NCBI GenBank assembly: GCA_002104945.1
Contig: MCFH01000016.1
Coordinates: 496,001-560,000 of the forward strand
DNA: 64,000 nt
Direction of reading: 5' to 3'
From: Piromyces finnis finn
Lineage: Eukaryota; Fungi; Neocallimastigomycota
In this document: piece by piece, positions 60,057 to 64,000 of the stretch
How positions within the stretch are numbered: position 1 is the first letter of the stretch
Layout of the letters: every line of letters starts with the position of its first letter
Notes under the pieces: model-generated
Seen by the model: only the letters and a program-made list of their open reading frames with translations
What the model was told of the DNA's origin: nothing
Database searches by the model: none
Program-made: the position numbers and the translations under genes

Positions 60057-61662
60057 TTATTTTGTGTTTAGTTTTTTTAATGGATTGGTTGGGGAAGTAT
60101 TTGGAGTTTGGAATCCATTATCAGTAATATTCCTGTCTGGGTCATAGAAACTAGAATTACGACTATGCGTGAGTGGAGAATAATAATCAGCTTCTCTACC
60201 ATTATCTTCATAGAAATTATCGGGGTTGACAGGTTCTTTAGAATAGAGAAGGTGATGATGAACGCGATTTTTACCTTTTTTAATAATAGAAGTAGTGACA
60301 GTAGATGTTGTAGTGAAAGTAGTTGGGGAAGAAGTAGATGGTGTAATGGAGGAAATAAGAGAAGAAGAGTTTGATAATGAGGTATTAGAATTCATTTCCT
60401 CGTTTTTTTCTCCACTTGTTAATTTTCTACTATAATTGCTACCATTCGTAAAAGAACTTATTCTAGCTTTTCCGTCCATTACAACATTAATAGCTTTTTC
60501 TTTAACATCTGTAATAATATCATCAAGATTAACTGGGATAAAATGGTTATTCCTCTTTTTATGTTCCGTAATTTTTGAATCTGACTGTGATGATTTAGGA
60601 ATACTAAAATGATTAGGAATATTGCTACCTCTACTATGATTAAGTTCAGTTTCTGTATTATTAGATTGATTTTTTAAATATCTTTTACGATGTGGTTGAT
60701 CATGAATTGAAAAACGTTTTTTTATTATTTTCTTTTCATTGACTGTGGTGTTAGTAGTGATAGTTACATTTAAGGCTTTTGTATTTTTTGTAGTAGCAGA
60801 GGTTGAAGGAATAAGTTTTTTTTCATCATTTAATAAATTAGTAGATGTTAAGCAATCATTATTTTCGAACATCTTATTTCCACTTTCATAAACGGTTGCT
60901 GTAGTTATAGAAGTAGTTGCGTTATAATTATTTGCTCTTAAATTAATGTGTGATTCTTTTGCAATAATTACGTCGCTTTTAGTATTATTTTGAAGTGCAT
61001 TCTTTATGCCTATAATAATATATAATGATTTATGATAAAACATTACATTTATATTATTTTAAATATTATATATTTTTATTAAATAGTAGTAATGTTTGTA
61101 TATATTAATATTTTTTTTTAAAATCATTAATTAAAATAGTTACCAGTACTTAATGAAGACTCTTCAGACTTGAGATCTGATATAAATTTTTTGTTATGAA
61201 GAGAATCCTTTTTGAAAGTGAAATTCATATTAACTTTTTGAATGATACTTGGATTCTTTTGAGTAGTATTACCATTCTCCATAGATTGAGAAATATGATC
61301 AAAGCGTTTAGCGCTTGCCGCATTTTGGGAGAGATCAATATCTAAATCTAAATGCTTTTTAATATTATTTGGTTCTGAAGTATTACTATCTACAGGTTTA
61401 TTAAATGAGATATCAATTGGTTTAGTTTCTGTTGTAGCTATATTTATTTTTGATGAAGAATTTTCTTCATGGGGTTGTGAAGGAATGACTTTTTGTGTAT
61501 TAGATTCATCAGAAACAATAATAGTATCATATTGTGGAACTTTATTATAAACATTACGAGATTCGAAATTTTTTAAGATAATGCTATTTATAAGACTATT
61601 AGGATTTTGGATAGAAATGTCATTCATAATGGAAGAAGAAGTAGAGGTTGAACTTGCATTTA

Positions 61663-61705
<43 letters not shown>

Positions 61706-63156
61706 TTTATTTATTACCATATTCAATTCTTCAATTAAATTAATTTTTCTTTGAGACTTATTATCTACGGTATTAATAGAATCATTATTATTATTTATAT
61801 TATTATTAATATCATTATTTATGAAGGTATTATTGGTAGTATTATTTATAGTTGGTGATGACTGTTTTTCATTAGTATTATTATTTTCTATTATTATATT
61901 TTTTGTTTCTCCAATAGAAGATTGATATTCAGAATCTAAATTAAATAATGAATTTTCTAATTCAGATATAAAGTTATTATTAACATTTTCTTGTTTCACA
62001 GTTTCAATAATACTTTCTATAAGTTGTTTTTCTTTAGGATAATTATCTAATGATGGAGTTGGCTCCATACAAGCCAAAAGACGTAAAAGAAGATATGGTG
62101 AACGTTTTAATAAATCCAATGATGGTGTTTTCCTTAGGGCTAATTGCTCTTGTGTTGATAGTTTTCTTGATGAGGTATTTGAATCAGAAGATAATTTTTT
62201 TTCTTTTAATCCATCTTTTTCTGAAGGTTCCTCATTTAAATCTATTATAATAATATCATTTTGTATCATAATTATAATTATTTTAATAAATAATGTAGAA
62301 TTTAAAAAAATTAAAATAATGATATTATAGATTTAACTATTATTATTATTATTATATTAAAAGTATAAATATAAGACTATTATTGCTTATTGACTTTATT
62401 TTTTATATACAGGGAAACAAATATTCAAATAGAATAAAATAATATACCTTGTTGATTATTAAAAGTATTACCAATATTATTTTTTTCTGGACTTAATTGT
62501 TCGTTTATAGGTGATGCAACCATAGGATTAATAATGGATATAGTGGCATTCTCATTATGGAGGGGACTAAGTGATATTTTACATTCGTCCGTTGAAGTAT
62601 CATTTTCTACTGTAAGTGTTGGTAAATGATGTCCTATTTTTAATGGTCCTGGTTTTTTTTTATGCAGTGTAGAATTAGGAAGTCGTGGACTACTACTTCC
62701 ATTTTTATAATATTTTGGGATACGAAGAGGAAGAAAGTTCTTTTGTTTGGAAATGTGAACAATTAAAGATTTTTTTAGATTAGTGAATGAAATTTTTTTC
62801 CAATTATCAGTTAAAAGTTTTTTGTAATCAGGTTCTTCGTTTTCATATCCTAGATCTAATTGAGTTTGAATGAATCTCTTTAAAACTTTATAATTATACA
62901 AAATACAAAAATTAATAAAAATCATTATAAATACATATATATTAATGAAATAAAAGTAATTATTGTTTCTCTTTTTTAGATATATATAAATATTAAATGA
63001 CTTTACCATAAAATAGAGAATTCCTTATAAGTTGACAATATAAAACGTTTATACTATGATAAATAAGTTGTTCTGATTCATCTAAACTTTTATCTACAAT
63101 TGATTTGATATATAAAAAAGTATTTATATTAATCCCTTTATTGTTATATAATTTTT

Positions 63157-63195
<39 letters not shown>

Positions 63196-63742
63196 AATAT
63201 TAAAAATTTTATTTGATTTAGCATTAAATTCCTTTGTGTAATCTACTTTACCTTTTGATTTATCTTTGGATAATCTTTCAATTTTTCCTTTTTCTATTTC
63301 ACTTACAAATTCTTCAAATCTATCATCATTTACATCAATAGGTGATGGATAAGCTAGTAAAGCTCTTGTTAATTGCCATTTTATTTTACTTTGTATACAT
63401 CTGTCACATGCTTCTAAAATCATAATTTCTACCACTATGTTAGAATATGTTTTAGTATATAAAATAATTAAAAAGTATAAAATATTAAAATATTAATGAA
63501 AATTCATGAGTTAATTAATTCATTGGAAAACAACTTTTTAGAATATTATTGTTTAAAACTTTGCAATATTAAAAACTATTTTCTATTATATATATAATTT
63601 TTCTATACTAATAATTATATTTTATATTTTTTTTTCACTTTATATTACCTCCAGTATTTTTTCTATTAAGAATACCGGACTTGGTATTTGTAATTTCAGA
63701 AATACTTAAATTGGCATAGTTTCTATGGCTTTCAAATTTCAT
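60057..63742 (-). CDS. Large hypothetical protein (~1000 aa) with S/T/N-rich C-terminal two-thirds; 6 exons
   Basis: Phase-consistent GT-AG joins link the ATG at 63742 (MKFESHRNYANL...) to ORFs 63187-63435, ~63007-63140, 62425-63009, 61127-62269 and 60057-61043. No domain recognised. Confidence 0.65.
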
Positions 63743-64000
63743 GATGTTATATGAAATTTTAATTATTAAATTAAAATATCAGAAATATTTTGTTGTTGTA
63801 AAAAATATAAATATAATATTGTGGAGTGGTAATTGATTAAATGTTAATGAAATACTGTTTTAGACAAGCATTTATACCAATCTTTTATTTAAGTTTAATT
63901 ACTATATATATTAAATTTTTATAAGAATATAATGATATAATTGTAATGTAATATAAAGAGTTAGTATTTTAATATTTATTATTTTTAAATATATTTATTG

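Overview
Very AT-rich, intron-rich eukaryotic DNA. A flagellar assembly gene (DAW1), a CotH-type kinase and the composition point to an anaerobic gut fungus (Neocallimastigomycota); this is an inference. Host genes identified: DAW1 (3' part), CotH kinase, a LURP-one/tubby-like protein, eIF3e, RPL18, EMC2, ER cyclophilin, a WD40 protein, a GET2/CAML-like protein, NOC2, RPS15A, a CHERP-like protein and three hypothetical proteins. The accessory content is dominated by non-LTR retrotransposons. There is one apparently intact 5.7-kb single-ORF APE-RT-CCHC LINE (31123-36835, 15-bp TSD), a 6.7-kb pile-up of fragments of the same family (16208-22937) and a 5'-truncated copy of a second family (2331-3947, with TSD). 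The most unusual signal is the ~890-nt 5' leader of the intact LINE. It starts with two 124-bp hairpin-rich monomers showing pair-preserving changes, contains a hairpin that covaries across three copies, and carries a conserved spliceosomal-looking intron (GTAAGT...TACTAAC...CTAG). The ORF also fuses a putative RRM-like module to the endonuclease. All gene models were spliced by eye; no database searches were run.
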